A stretch of DNA of 64,000 nt from an uncultured Bacilli bacterium (GCA_944332475.1 CALVKA010000003.1:63493-127492), one strand, 5' to 3'. Positions 29,501 through 42,487 are shown, numbered from the stretch's first letter. Notes: a model not told the origin generated them from the sequence alone. Translations and numbers: made by a program.

Positions 29501-29608
29501 ATCCTCCTACTATAATACTTATTCTACCCCTATCATTTATTAATTTTCATATTATGAGTATAACATTCTTTTTCATCAAAAAAAGACTGTAAGTATAGCC
29601 TTTTCCTT

Positions 29609-31489
29609 TTATTTAGAAATTACTTCACAGATTAAGTTAGATATTTCTGTTGGGTTATCGATTGGAAGTCCGGCGATGATTCTTGCTTCACTATAAAGAA
29701 TTTTTGTATATTTTTTAAATTCTTCTTTGTCTTTCTTATATAAGTCTTTTAACTTTTTAGCGATTGGATGTTTTTCGTTGATTTCTAGTACCGTTTGAGC
29801 TTTAATTCCCATATCATTTGGCATAGCATCAAATACTTTTTGCATTTCAATAGAAACATCGCCTTCACTAGTTAAGCAAACTGGATGTGTTTTTAATTTA
29901 TTGGTAAATCTTACTTCTTTTACGTCTTTGATTTCTTCTTTCATGTCTTTTAGTAAGTCTTCATTTTCCTCATTTACTTTCTTTGTTTCTTCTTTTTCCT
30001 CATCTGTTTCTAAATCCAAATCTCCATTTTCAACATTGGCAAACTTCTTACCTTCATATTCCCCGATGGCAGTAATGGCGAACTCATCTACATAATCTGT
30101 TAAATATAAGATATCATAATCTTTTTCTTTTACTTGTTCTACTTGTGGAAGAGAATCAATTTTCGCAATAGAGGCTCCTGATGCATAGTAAATTTTCTCT
30201 TGGCCTTCTGGCATTTTTTCTACATATTCTTTTAACGTAATTAGTTTGTCTTTCTTAGATGAATGGAACATAATTAAATCTTGTAATTTATCTTTATCTT
30301 GTCCATAGTTATTATAAATACCATATTTTAGTTGTACTCCAAAGGTTTTAAAGAACTCTTCATATTTTTCTCTATCCTCTTTTAACATTGTTTCTAATTC
30401 TTTTCTAATTTTAGACTCAATGTTTTTGGCAATTAAGCCTAAGCTTTTTGATTTTTGAAGAATTTCCCTTGAAATATTTAGAGATAAGTCTTCTGTATCT
30501 ACTACACCTTTTACAAAACTAAAATAGTCTGGTAAAAGATCTGCACATTTTTCCATGATTAGTACACCACTGGCATATAGACTTAATCCTTTTTCATAAT
30601 CTTTTGTATAGTAGTCATATGGAGCATGAGATGGAATAAATAATAATCCATTATACGTACACATTCCTTCTACTGATGTTTGAATCACTTTTAATGGTTT
30701 ATCAAAATCATTGAATTTATCCATATAGAAGTTATTGTAGTCTTCTTCTGAGACATCACTAGCTTTTTTCTTCCATAGTGGAATCATACTGTTGATGGTT
30801 TCTATTTCAATTTTATCTTCATATTCGTGTTTTTCTTCATCTTTTAGTTCATGTTTGGTAACTTCCATCTTAATTGGATAGCGAATATAGTCTGAGTATT
30901 TCTTAATTAACTCTTTTAGTGTATATTCTTCTAGATATTGACTATAGTTATCTTCTTCGGTATCAGGTTTAATGTGAAGAGAGATTTTTGTTCCATGATC
31001 TTTTTTATCGCATTCTTCAATACTATAACCTTCTGCTCCAGTAGAGATCCACTTATAACCTTTCTCGCTATCTACAGATTTGGTTTCTACTTCGATACAG
31101 TCACTTACCATAAAGGCAGAATAAAAACCTACACCAAATTGTCCAATAATATCTACCTTATCTTGTTTGGTCATATCTTCTTTAAATTTTAAGGAACCAC
31201 TTTGAGCAATGGTACCTAGGTTTTTATCTAATTCCTCTTCTGTCATACCGATACCATTGTCTTCGATTACAAGGGTTCTATTATCTTTGTCATAGTCAAC
31301 TCTAATTTCTAATTTATCCTTTTTTACTTTTATCTTTTTATCTGTTAGGGAACGATAATATAATTTATCAATGGCATCGCTAGCATTCGATATTAACTCC
31401 CTTAAAAAGATATCTTTATTTGTATAGATAGAATTAATCATTAAATCTAATAATCTTTTAGATTCTGATTTAAATGCTTTTTTCTTCAT
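29609..31489 (-). CDS. htpG: Hsp90 chaperone HtpG
   Basis: FLRELISNASDA, DNGIGMT, IGQFGVGFYSAF, LSLNISREILQ, LEINEKHP. Confidence 0.97.
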   Translation of the reverse strand: MKKKAFKSESKRLLDLMINSIYTNKDIFLRELISNASDAIDKLYYRSLTDKKIKVKKDKLEIRVDYDKDNRTLVIEDNGIGMTEEELDKNLGTIAQSGSLKFKEDMTKQDKVDIIGQFGVGFYSAFMVSDCIEVETKSVDSEKGYKWISTGAEGYSIEECDKKDHGTKISLHIKPDTEEDNYSQYLEEYTLKELIKKYSDYIRYPIKMEVTKHELKDEEKHEYEDKIEIETINSMIPLWKKKASDVSEEDYNNFYMDKFNDFDKPLKVIQTSVEGMCTYNGLLFIPSHAPYDYYTKDYEKGLSLYASGVLIMEKCADLLPDYFSFVKGVVDTEDLSLNISREILQKSKSLGLIAKNIESKIRKELETMLKEDREKYEEFFKTFGVQLKYGIYNNYGQDKDKLQDLIMFHSSKKDKLITLKEYVEKMPEGQEKIYYASGASIAKIDSLPQVEQVKEKDYDILYLTDYVDEFAITAIGEYEGKKFANVENGDLDLETDEEKEETKKVNEENEDLLKDMKEEIKDVKEVRFTNKLKTHPVCLTSEGDVSIEMQKVFDAMPNDMGIKAQTVLEINEKHPIAKKLKDLYKKDKEEFKKYTKILYSEARIIAGLPIDNPTEISNLICEVISK

Positions 31490-31531
31490 TTTAACATCTC
31501 CTTTGCGTATACTTTATTTATAACACCATAA

Positions 31532-31558
31532 TTAGCAGCTGTCAAGATAGAGTGCTAA
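31532..31558. promoter_or_regulatory. CIRCE overlapping the sigma-A -35 box of htpG
   Basis: TTAGCAGCT-N9-GAGTGCTAA; minus strand TTGACA-17-TATAAA. Confidence 0.85.
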
Positions 31559-31577
31559 AATATTTTATAAAAAGAAG

Positions 31578-32564
31578 TCATGCATTCATGACTTCCTCTA
31601 ATTCTGTTTTTAGTTTGTTTTCTTGATCTTCTAAAATTGTAATATCTTCTTCTTTTAATCTAGTTAGGGATAGATGAGATAATTTATTTTCTTTAATAAT
31701 CTTTAATCTTTTTTTCTCAATTCCCAAACATAAATAATTATAGGTATCTTTTGCTTTTTCTACTCTAATTTTGAAGAAACGTTTTTCTTCTTGGTTTTTA
31801 ATAGCATCTAATACTTGATAAGTATAATTACTATATACTAAGTCTTTGTCATCACAGAAAATATTCAATAATTTTTGATTGTTGCTGTATTCAATTACTA
31901 ATAAATGATTATCGATAATGGCATAATATTTTCCATTTACTTGTTCTAAGAAGGAAATGTTTCCTTGTTTAAAATCCTTCTCATTTTGTAAGGATGGAAA
32001 GTATTTCGTTAAGTCAGCTTTCCATAGATTACAATTAATCGATGCTTGATACTCAATCTCTTCATTGGTGTTCATAATGACAGATAATATTTCTGTCGCT
32101 AGTTCACTCATAATATTTGGTGCATGTTCGAATAACATGACTATTGTTTCAAATAAGAATTTCCATTCTTTTGGAAGATATCTTGTCATGTAGAAATCAT
32201 AGATATGACCAGAATCATAGACATTCATCGTAATTTCAAAGCTATTCATGTTTTTATTTCGTCTATCTCTTTTTTCTACCTTTTCATATTTTGGTAATTC
32301 TTTTGTTATTTGGTTTACTAGGTAATTCACACTTTTTACTCCTATAAACTGATAACAAAAATATTCTTCTATTTTATTGTCTTCTACCGCATCTATTGGG
32401 ATATATAATACCTTAAATTTATCTATTATGCGATTATAAAGCAAGCATAAATAAAAATTGGAATTATTATAATTTGTTATTTGTAATTCTACAAAAGGAT
32501 ACTCTTTTTTCCTTTTTAATATTTTATGAATTAAGTTTAATTTTTTATTTAGTTGCATACCCAT
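31578..32564 (-). CDS. Hypothetical protein
   Basis: 328-aa ORF with no recognisable motif. Confidence 0.6.
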   Translation of the reverse strand: MGMQLNKKLNLIHKILKRKKEYPFVELQITNYNNSNFYLCLLYNRIIDKFKVLYIPIDAVEDNKIEEYFCYQFIGVKSVNYLVNQITKELPKYEKVEKRDRRNKNMNSFEITMNVYDSGHIYDFYMTRYLPKEWKFLFETIVMLFEHAPNIMSELATEILSVIMNTNEEIEYQASINCNLWKADLTKYFPSLQNEKDFKQGNISFLEQVNGKYYAIIDNHLLVIEYSNNQKLLNIFCDDKDLVYSNYTYQVLDAIKNQEEKRFFKIRVEKAKDTYNYLCLGIEKKRLKIIKENKLSHLSLTRLKEEDITILEDQENKLKTELEEVMNA

Positions 32565-32664
32565 TTCCTTTTCTCTACTACTTCCATTTTATTATAGCAT
32601 GCTTTAACAAATTTTCCTAATTTTTTTCAATTGTTATCTTTTTTTTGTTAATTACTGAGTTACA

Positions 32665-34017
32665 TTATTCTAAACTTTCTACCCAGGAGATTATTTTTTG
32701 CCATGTAGATGGGCCTACCACTCCGTTTTCTGGTAGGCTGTAGCGTCTTTGGATAGATTTAATGGATTCTTCTGTTAATTCGTCGAATGTTCCATTTACT
32801 TTTACTCCAGGAATTTGATGAGTTTTTTCACAAATAATATATAAAAAGTTTTGTAAGTTTTCGATATCATCTCCACTCATACCTTTGGAAAGAAAAATGC
32901 CAGGATAGAGTTTGTCTTCATAATATAGATATTCTTCTGGTATTGTTTCTCTTGTTTGATTATAGGCTGTTACTAAAGCGTTCCAAGTATTTTTGTCTAC
33001 TACTCCGGTTGCTTCTATATCATAATCTGTTTGAAAAGCCACTACCATTTCTTTTGTATCTTCTGTAAAGTCTTCGCCTGCTAAATTTAGCATTGGTATA
33101 TCAGAGTCAAAATAGGATAAAAAGTTCAATAAATAGTTTAAGGCTCTAATATAGGGACCGCTTTCTCCTTCTTGTAACGTATCTCCATATGGAAACTCTA
33201 CTTCTTCTACACTGATACCTTCACCAGCTAAGTCGGCAACTTTTTTTACGGCATTATATAAATATTTTACTTCATACCAAGTGGGCTTATCAACTTCTCC
33301 TGTTACTGGTAAGTCAAAAATTTCCTGGAAAGCTTTAACGCTTTCTTCCATATCTGTTGTAAAGAAGATGGTTTCTTCTTCTATTTTAGGAATGGCCGGA
33401 TAATTATTACTAATTCTATTTAATTGTACTTTTAATTGTCTTACATAGTTTCCTGCAGATCCTAGACGAAATGGAAAGCCTGGATAAGATGGAATATTAG
33501 GGGCAACAGGGGCGTTGTAAACAATATCAATATTATCTCCATAATATTCTTTTAATATTTCAATTGGTGCTAAACCAGCTTGAGCAAGTTCTACACTTCC
33601 CCATTGTGAAAGTCCATCACACTTTGTATTGATTCCATCACAGTAAGTGGCAAATAGCGGTTGAATTTGAGAGCCTTTGATGATGTAGTTGTTGAATATA
33701 TCGTCTACAATTTCTGAAATATTTTCAAAAAATTGAGAGTCTTCTTTAAACGTTTGGTCATAGGATGGACTACTTGTGATATCAAAATTATATCCTTGTG
33801 CTGGGTACCATTCATTATAAATTCTATTTAGAGCAAATGATATCTGAGCTAGAATATTTGCTTTAATGGCATCTGTTGGCCATGATGGATAAATTTCATT
33901 TGAGGCAACATTTTTAATATATTCTGGAAAAGAAACGGTTATGTTTTTAGCAGCCGCATTAGGTGCCCCTAAATGAACAACGATTTCTGTTGGAACAACT
34001 GGAGTTCTAACTGCCAT
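32665..34017 (-). CDS. sleC: SleC-like spore cortex-lytic enzyme (catalytic domain plus three PG-binding domains)
   Basis: IVVHLGAP, YIKNVASNEIYPSWP, AQISFALNRIYNEWY, FDITSS..YDQ, YCDG, LSQWGS; three PG_binding_1-like repeats (AFQ...TG.VD..TW). Confidence 0.8.
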   Translation of the reverse strand: MAVRTPVVPTEIVVHLGAPNAAAKNITVSFPEYIKNVASNEIYPSWPTDAIKANILAQISFALNRIYNEWYPAQGYNFDITSSPSYDQTFKEDSQFFENISEIVDDIFNNYIIKGSQIQPLFATYCDGINTKCDGLSQWGSVELAQAGLAPIEILKEYYGDNIDIVYNAPVAPNIPSYPGFPFRLGSAGNYVRQLKVQLNRISNNYPAIPKIEEETIFFTTDMEESVKAFQEIFDLPVTGEVDKPTWYEVKYLYNAVKKVADLAGEGISVEEVEFPYGDTLQEGESGPYIRALNYLLNFLSYFDSDIPMLNLAGEDFTEDTKEMVVAFQTDYDIEATGVVDKNTWNALVTAYNQTRETIPEEYLYYEDKLYPGIFLSKGMSGDDIENLQNFLYIICEKTHQIPGVKVNGTFDELTEESIKSIQRRYSLPENGVVGPSTWQKIISWVESLE

Positions 34018-34429
34018 TTTGATCAATTCCTTCCATATTAATTTCTGGAATCATTTTTATATATTGAATGACGCCAGTGTTTCCAAAGATTGCAACATCA
34101 TATTTTTTAATTCTTTCATATCCTTCATGAATCGCTGTCACGTCATACATCGCATATTGGGCATCGTCTCCTGGTTTAAAGTTTTTATTTTCTGCAGGAG
34201 ATGGCAATTCAATATTACTAATCATACCACTAGAATCTGTTAGGCCACTAAAAAACAATACTTTTTGTCCATCGATATCCTTAGTAACTAAAATACGAGT
34301 ATCAGGAATGGGAATCGCTCGATAAGCAGTAAATACCTCTACTTTTAATCTACCTGTCGATGGATTTTCTTGGATAAAATTTTCATAACTCTCTGTTTGT
34401 TTAAAATCTTCTAGATTTACAAAATTCAT
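34007..34429 (-). CDS. Carboxypeptidase-regulatory-like domain protein, resembling the SleC N-terminal pro region
   Basis: GRLKVEVFTAYRAIPI, TDSSG..NIELPSP, YDVTAIHEGY, VAIFGN; overlaps the sleC start. Confidence 0.65.
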   Translation of the reverse strand: MNFVNLEDFKQTESYENFIQENPSTGRLKVEVFTAYRAIPIPDTRILVTKDIDGQKVLFFSGLTDSSGMISNIELPSPAENKNFKPGDDAQYAMYDVTAIHEGYERIKKYDVAIFGNTGVIQYIKMIPEINMEGIDQNGS

Positions 34430-35257
34430 CTATATTTCCCTCACTTTCAGTACTTGACCAATTTGTAAATTGGTAGATGTTAAATTGTTTAAATCCATTA
34501 AGTTAATTACTGTTGTATTATATCGTCTAGCAATATCATATAGATTGTCCCCTTTTTTTACTGTATAAGTTTCATATTGGGGCTCTATATATCCTTCTCC
34601 ATAACATTCTTTCACTGTTTGGGACGGTGTCTCTTCTTCGGTTGGTATTTTTAGGATTTGTCCTACGGATAGAATTGTTGTTTGCAGATTATTGGCATTC
34701 ATAATATCGTCTACTGTTGTATTAAATAGTTGAGCAATGCTATATAGACTGTCTCCTGCTTTTACTTCATATTCTTTATAATTGGTCTGTATATTTTGCG
34801 TTGGTATTTTTAATGTTTGCCCTATGGATAATAAATTACTGGTCAAGTTATTAGCTTGTTTGATGGTTTCTACTGTTACGCCATATTTTAGGGCAATTTG
34901 ATACAGGTTATCTCCATTTTTCACTGTATAAATGGTATAGTTGTCCGTTTGATTACCACTTCCTTCTACTGGAACTTGTAGTTGTTGTCCAACGGATAGA
35001 ATTGTCGTAGAAAGATTGTTTAGCTCTATCAGTTCATTTATCGTAGTATTATATTGTATTGCGATTTTGTAAAGAGTATCTCCACTTTTTACTGTATAGG
35101 TTGTTGTTGATTGGGTTGTCGGAATTTGTAATGTTTGTCCAACATTGATGGTGTTGCTTGTCAAAGAGTTTACTCTTTTTATTGTTTCAACAGGAATACC
35201 AAATTGTTTACTGATACCATATAAGGTATCTCCTTTTTGCACAGTATAATTTCTCAT
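34430..35257 (-). CDS. Multi-LysM peptidoglycan-binding protein (5 LysM, no signal peptide)
   Basis: Five YTV..GD.LY.IA.....N.L....L..GQ.L.IP repeats. Confidence 0.92.
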   Translation of the reverse strand: MRNYTVQKGDTLYGISKQFGIPVETIKRVNSLTSNTINVGQTLQIPTTQSTTTYTVKSGDTLYKIAIQYNTTINELIELNNLSTTILSVGQQLQVPVEGSGNQTDNYTIYTVKNGDNLYQIALKYGVTVETIKQANNLTSNLLSIGQTLKIPTQNIQTNYKEYEVKAGDSLYSIAQLFNTTVDDIMNANNLQTTILSVGQILKIPTEEETPSQTVKECYGEGYIEPQYETYTVKKGDNLYDIARRYNTTVINLMDLNNLTSTNLQIGQVLKVREI

Positions 35258-35272
35258 GCTTCACCTCAGTTT

Positions 35273-35300
35273 ATTATATGTCTTTAGGTAAATTGTTATC
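35273..35300 (-). promoter_or_regulatory. Candidate mother-cell (sigma-E-like) promoter of the LysM-sleC operon
   Basis: Minus strand ATA-16-CATATAAT just upstream of the GAGGTG RBS; short motif in AT-rich DNA. Confidence 0.35.
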
Positions 35301-35348
35301 TCTTTTTTGGGGAAATAATCATATCTTATTAATGAAAGGAGGAAACAT

Positions 35349-37544
<2,196 letters not shown>

Positions 37545-37657
37545 AATTTTACATCCTCCTACTATTGTTTTTATCATAACATAGTTTTTTCTTCTTGACT
37601 TAGTTTTTTTGCATTTTTTTAACTTGTTTACATATGATACAGAGAAAGGGTGAAGAA

Positions 37658-38731
37658 ATGAAAGTATGTGTTTATGCTATTAGTAAAAATGAAGAAAAGT
37701 TTGTCCACAGATGGGTAGAATCTATGAAGGAAGCGGATGAAATCTATGTTTTGGATACAGGGTCTACTGATTCTACTGTGGCTTTATTAGAGGAAGCCGG
37801 GGTTCATGTTACTGTAGAAGAATTTAATCCTTGGCGTTTTGATGTTGCAAGAAATCGTTCGCTAGAACTAGTTCCTGATGATTGTGATATTTGTGTTTGT
37901 ACAGATTTGGACGAAGTGTTTGAGGCTGGTTGGAGAGAAAAAATTGAAGCTGCCTGGAATGAGAATACGACGCGATGTCAATATAGCTATCATTGGAGTT
38001 TAGATGAAGATGATAAACCAATTGTTAGTTTCTTTTTGAATCAAATTCATAAAAAAGACGGATATCAATGGACACATCCTGTTCATGAAGTATTATCTTA
38101 TTCTCTAGGAGATGAAGTAGTTGTTAGTTGTCCGGATGTCATCTTAAAGCATTATCCAGATAGCAAGAAGTCCAGAAGCAGTTATTTACCATTATTGGAG
38201 TTATCTGTTGAAGAAGATCCAGATGATGATCGTAATATGCATTATTTAGGACGAGAATATATGTATTATGAAAAATGGGAACAGGCTATTGCTACTCTTA
38301 AAAAACATTTAACATTACCAAGAGCAGTTTGGAAAGATGAGCGAGCAGCTTCTATGAGGTTTATTGGTCGTTGCTACAAAAATTTAAAGCAATATGATGA
38401 AGCAAGATGTTGGTATGATTTGGCTATCAAAGAAGCTCCTCACCTACGTGATGCTTTTGTAGAAAAAGCTTTGATGGAATATGAATTGGATAACTATCGT
38501 GAGGTTGAAGATTTATGTTTTCGGGCATTAGAAATTAAAAATCATGAGAAAACCTATATTAATGAACCATTTAGTTGGGATCAAACTATTTATGATTTAC
38601 TGTCTATCAGTGCTTATTATTTGGAAAGATATTCACAAGCAGTCTATTTTGTCGATATTGCATTAAGCTACCTTCCAAATGATGAGAGATTATTAAATAA
38701 TAGAAAAATATTCAAAGAAAAAGAAAGCTAA
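37658..38731 (+). CDS. GT2 glycosyltransferase with C-terminal TPRs (SgtA-like)
   Basis: YAISKNEE, VLDTGSTD, FDVARN, TDLDE, HPVHE, TPR helices HYLGREY. Confidence 0.88.
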   Translation: MKVCVYAISKNEEKFVHRWVESMKEADEIYVLDTGSTDSTVALLEEAGVHVTVEEFNPWRFDVARNRSLELVPDDCDICVCTDLDEVFEAGWREKIEAAWNENTTRCQYSYHWSLDEDDKPIVSFFLNQIHKKDGYQWTHPVHEVLSYSLGDEVVVSCPDVILKHYPDSKKSRSSYLPLLELSVEEDPDDDRNMHYLGREYMYYEKWEQAIATLKKHLTLPRAVWKDERAASMRFIGRCYKNLKQYDEARCWYDLAIKEAPHLRDAFVEKALMEYELDNYREVEDLCFRALEIKNHEKTYINEPFSWDQTIYDLLSISAYYLERYSQAVYFVDIALSYLPNDERLLNNRKIFKEKES

Positions 38732-38733
38732 TA

Positions 38734-39621
38734 TTAGCTTTCTTCTGTTGTTCCAGTATATAAACCAAATTCCCCTTCCTTATATTTTTCTAATATTTTA
38801 TTCCAGATTACACTTTCTACATAACGTCCTTTTTTAGGATGCATTAAATAACGAATGGTTAATTCAATGTGATCTCCTACAATTTTGGTATAAATGGTTG
38901 GGTCATATTTATTAAAATAAACTCTATTGGTCGTGTTAATATCATTAATTTGTGCTTTCATTTTCTTTGGGATGTTTTTGATAATTTCTATATTGTTTAC
39001 TATTTTATATAATTCTTGTTTGTTTTTTACTAAATCCGAATCCATGGTTACTTTTACTGTTAATTCATCCCATACATATTTAAATCCTTTATTTAGATTT
39101 CTAACAGGTTCTGAGAATACTACTGAATTTGGGAATGTTACAATTACACCAGTTGACTGTCCATGATCATCCTTAGTAGATATTTCTAGTACTTCAAAGT
39201 TTAGAGAAGAAATATTCATGACATCTCCGCGAATACCTTTTACTTCGATTCTGTCTTCTACTTGGAATGGCTTTTTCATCTTAATATATATTCCACAGAA
39301 AAAATTTAAAATTAATTCTCGTAGGGCAATGGTCATAGCTGCTGATGTTACACTAATTAGTGTCATCAAACTTTGTATATATTCATTCCAAATGAATAAT
39401 AGGAATACTACTTCTAATACATTTAATATAATTTGAATGGTTTGATTAATTAAATATTCTTTTCTTCCTTCGATTTTCTTTTGAATGGTTTTTCTACCCA
39501 TTTTCTTGGCAAAAGAGAATATCAAAATTACAATTGTTGTAGACAAAATTAATGAAATGTATGTTTCATTAATCGTTGTTAAATCGCTTAAATATTTGCA
39601 AAACCTATCAAAAAACTCCAT
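38734..39621 (-). CDS. Small-conductance mechanosensitive channel (MscS family)
   Basis: ALRELILNFFCG, KPFQVEDRIEV.GIRGDV, FPNS. Confidence 0.88.
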   Translation of the reverse strand: MEFFDRFCKYLSDLTTINETYISLILSTTIVILIFSFAKKMGRKTIQKKIEGRKEYLINQTIQIILNVLEVVFLLFIWNEYIQSLMTLISVTSAAMTIALRELILNFFCGIYIKMKKPFQVEDRIEVKGIRGDVMNISSLNFEVLEISTKDDHGQSTGVIVTFPNSVVFSEPVRNLNKGFKYVWDELTVKVTMDSDLVKNKQELYKIVNNIEIIKNIPKKMKAQINDINTTNRVYFNKYDPTIYTKIVGDHIELTIRYLMHPKKGRYVESVIWNKILEKYKEGEFGLYTGTTEES

Positions 39622-39733
39622 GTTGCTCCTCCTCTTTGGCTTATAATTGTATCACTTTTCAGTATAATTTTGAAGTAATCTATCTAAATCTATGTTATAC
39701 TAGACACATTGTTGACACTTTGGAGGTGTTTTT

Positions 39734-40396
39734 ATGATTATTGGAATTATTGGAGCCTTTGATGAAGAGGTAGAAAAGTTTATTGAGATATTTCGATTAG
39801 AAAAACAAGAAAAAGATTTATGGGATATTTATACTGGAATTTATCAAGGAAAACAGTTGATTGTCTGTCGTTCTGGTATTGGAAAAGTCAATAGTGGCGC
39901 TATGACACAATACATGATTGATCATTATCATGTGGATTTGATTATCAATTCTGGTTGTGCTGGTAGTTTACTTAGTAAAGTTAAAATTATGGATGTTATT
40001 TTGAGTAGTTATGTTACTTATCATGATTTTCAGCCTGCTCGTATTATGGAATATAGTGTTCCTGAACAAGGAATGGTATCTGCTTCTACGAAGTTAATTC
40101 ATATTGCAGAAGATGCTTTGAAAAAGTTAGAGGTGAATAATTATTATATTGCTCCTATTGCTAGTGGAGATTGCTTTGTAACAGATGCTAATATGAGGGA
40201 TAGAATTTATCAAGCAACGGGTGCTTATGCAGTCGATATGGAAAGTGCTTCTATTGGTCATATTTGTAAATTGAATCATATTCCTTTTTTATCTTTGCGG
40301 ACGATTTCTGATTTTTCTGATGGAAATGAGGATTTTGAAGTAATTGCTGCCTATAAATCTAGTCAACTAGTAAAAGAAATGATTGACTTACTATAA
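39734..40396 (+). CDS. mtnN: 5'-methylthioadenosine/S-adenosylhomocysteine nucleosidase
   Basis: IGIIGAFDEE, SGIGKVN, INSGCAGS, VDMESASI, LRTISD. Confidence 0.9.
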   Translation: MIIGIIGAFDEEVEKFIEIFRLEKQEKDLWDIYTGIYQGKQLIVCRSGIGKVNSGAMTQYMIDHYHVDLIINSGCAGSLLSKVKIMDVILSSYVTYHDFQPARIMEYSVPEQGMVSASTKLIHIAEDALKKLEVNNYYIAPIASGDCFVTDANMRDRIYQATGAYAVDMESASIGHICKLNHIPFLSLRTISDFSDGNEDFEVIAAYKSSQLVKEMIDLL

Positions 40397-40405
40397 AAAA
40401 GATAG

Positions 40406-40651
40406 CTACTCTTTTTCGTTAGCTATCTTTTTTAGTCCATTAAATAAAAATTCTTTGGCTTTTTCATCGGGTTCTTCTTGTATTTGTTTGGCTAAAGATT
40501 TTAATTTTGCTTTTTTCTTTGTGTCTATATCTAAGTAGTCTAGTTTGTCTAGGAATTCTTCAATCATTTCATTAATTGTCATTTCTTCTTCATCTTCTTT
40601 TTCTAACATGTCTTTTAGAATTCCAGTTTTTTCTAATTCTTCTTCTGACAT
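40406..40651 (-). CDS. Small hypothetical charged protein
   Basis: 81-aa ORF with GAGGAG RBS. Confidence 0.55.
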   Translation of the reverse strand: MSEEELEKTGILKDMLEKEDEEEMTINEMIEEFLDKLDYLDIDTKKKAKLKSLAKQIQEEPDEKAKEFLFNGLKKIANEKE

Positions 40652-40683
40652 AAACTACTCCTCTTTTCTTTTTTCTTATTATA

Positions 40684-41667
40684 TCACAAAACTTGCTCTA
40701 TTGCACCTTTACCATTGTTGCATGTGATATGTGCTTTACTTCCATTGATAATCGTCATTTTTGGAGGGACATGTCCAATATCTGCATTAAATATGATAGG
40801 AAGTTCTGGGAATATTCTTTTTAGAGCTTCTTGATAAGAAAAATCTTCATAAAAGCACTGTGGAAAACAGACTCTTCCTACAATCATTCCTTTAATATGC
40901 TTGAACCAGCCAGCTTCTTTCATTTGAAATAATGTAAGATAAAATTCTTCTGCACTTTTTGAAAATACATCAAAGTACCAAATAATTCCGTCTTCTTGAT
41001 ATCTTTTTATAAAGTCTTTTGTAAAATCATATGGTGTTCCTATTAAATCTTTTAAGCAGTCGATGCATCCTCCTATCATTCGTCCTTTGATATCTACTTC
41101 TCCATTGATTGTTTCCCAGTAATCTTTTTCTGTTAAATTATAACCATCATAGTTTTCTATTCTTTCTTTTTGATAATATGGAAAACTATACTGAGTAATT
41201 AAATTTCCTTTTATCATTTCTATATTATTTTGGAGAGATTCATGTAATTTTGATTGATCAAAGCTTCCTGCATTACATCCATATATCGTTGCGATATCTA
41301 GTTTTGTAGTTACTGTATATAGAATGGAAGTTGGATCAGAATATCCCATAATCCATTTGGGGTGTTGTTTGATGTGATCCCAGTTTATATATGGTAACAT
41401 TTCTAATAAAAAGTCTCCACCACTTGCACATATAATCATAGAAATGTTATCGTTCATTATTAATTCATCTAGTTCTTTGGCTCTTTGCTTGGCAGGGGCA
41501 GATACGATTCCTTTTTTTCTTACACTTTCTGTCTCTACAATTTGAAAGTGTTCTTTCTTTAATGTGTTAATCGATTTTTCAAAAGAGTCTAAATCATCTC
41601 CTACTCCAGCTGATGGTGCGGTAATACCAATGGTTTGCCCTTGCTTTATAAATTTAGGATACTGCAT
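40684..41667 (-). CDS. S66 family LD-carboxypeptidase (MccF-like)
   Basis: ITAPS, ASGG, GYSDPT (catalytic Ser), IGGC, ADIGH. Confidence 0.9.
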   Translation of the reverse strand: MQYPKFIKQGQTIGITAPSAGVGDDLDSFEKSINTLKKEHFQIVETESVRKKGIVSAPAKQRAKELDELIMNDNISMIICASGGDFLLEMLPYINWDHIKQHPKWIMGYSDPTSILYTVTTKLDIATIYGCNAGSFDQSKLHESLQNNIEMIKGNLITQYSFPYYQKERIENYDGYNLTEKDYWETINGEVDIKGRMIGGCIDCLKDLIGTPYDFTKDFIKRYQEDGIIWYFDVFSKSAEEFYLTLFQMKEAGWFKHIKGMIVGRVCFPQCFYEDFSYQEALKRIFPELPIIFNADIGHVPPKMTIINGSKAHITCNNGKGAIEQVL

Positions 41668-42487
41668 TTTTTCTTTGTCCTTTACTGTCTAAGATGCTAT
41701 TTATCACAATTAAGATAATACTTACAACTAGCATAATACCTGCTGTTATTAACATTGGAAGTGCAGAAACTGTCATCGTAGTATTCATAGATTCAATTAC
41801 TAGATTGAATAATAAAGAGATACTTGCTCCAATTAAAGCAATGAATAAAGCGGAGATAATTCCTGCTATTCCTACATTTACAATCCATTTGTAATAAGGT
41901 TTCTTTAATAGAGCAATCATGATGATTGCTACTACAGAAATAATGACTGCAATCATAATAAATTCACTTGATGTGATTGTATTGTAACCATCTATCATTG
42001 TTTGAGCCTCCGCAGGCATTTCATCTTTTGCTTCTTTAATAATTTGTTGATAGGCATTATCCACTTCTTCTGTTTCAAAAGCTTCGTCTAATGCCTGATC
42101 TAATTGCTCATCTGTAATTTCTTCACCTAATGCTTCTTCTATCATATCTTTGTTACCATGAAGAATGTTTCTTATATCTTCTTCTAAATCTACATCATCT
42201 ACATTTTCTTTTGATAAGTCTTGTAGTAGACGACTACTATATTTTTCTACAAAAGCATTAATTTCTTCATTGTTTTCAATATTTTCTTCAATGGTTTGAT
42301 ATTCCTCTTCTGATAAATCTGGCAAGTCACTTGTAATTACCTCTGTCATTTGACTCGTGATTGCTTCTTTAAAATAGTCTCCTATTAAATCTTCATTTAC
42401 TGTTCTTTCTGCATAGATTACTGTTGGTATTAAGGTAAATGTAAATACTAATATTGTTGTTAAAAGTCCTCTAATAAATGTTTTCAT
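41654..42487 (-). CDS. Hypothetical membrane protein with acidic ectodomain
   Basis: N-terminal TM, acidic helical domain, three C-terminal TMs. Confidence 0.6.
   Translation of the reverse strand: MKTFIRGLLTTILVFTFTLIPTVIYAERTVNEDLIGDYFKEAITSQMTEVITSDLPDLSEEEYQTIEENIENNEEINAFVEKYSSRLLQDLSKENVDDVDLEEDIRNILHGNKDMIEEALGEEITDEQLDQALDEAFETEEVDNAYQQIIKEAKDEMPAEAQTMIDGYNTITSSEFIMIAVIISVVAIIMIALLKKPYYKWIVNVGIAGIISALFIALIGASISLLFNLVIESMNTTMTVSALPMLITAGIMLVVSIILIVINSILDSKGQRKNAVS

Noticed and set aside
29609-31489. Defence-associated HATPase/MORC protein
   Set aside because: Canonical full-length HtpG under a CIRCE promoter.
40684-41667. Microcin C immunity or biosynthesis locus
   Set aside because: Isolated S66 peptidase with no mccA/mccB-like genes nearby.
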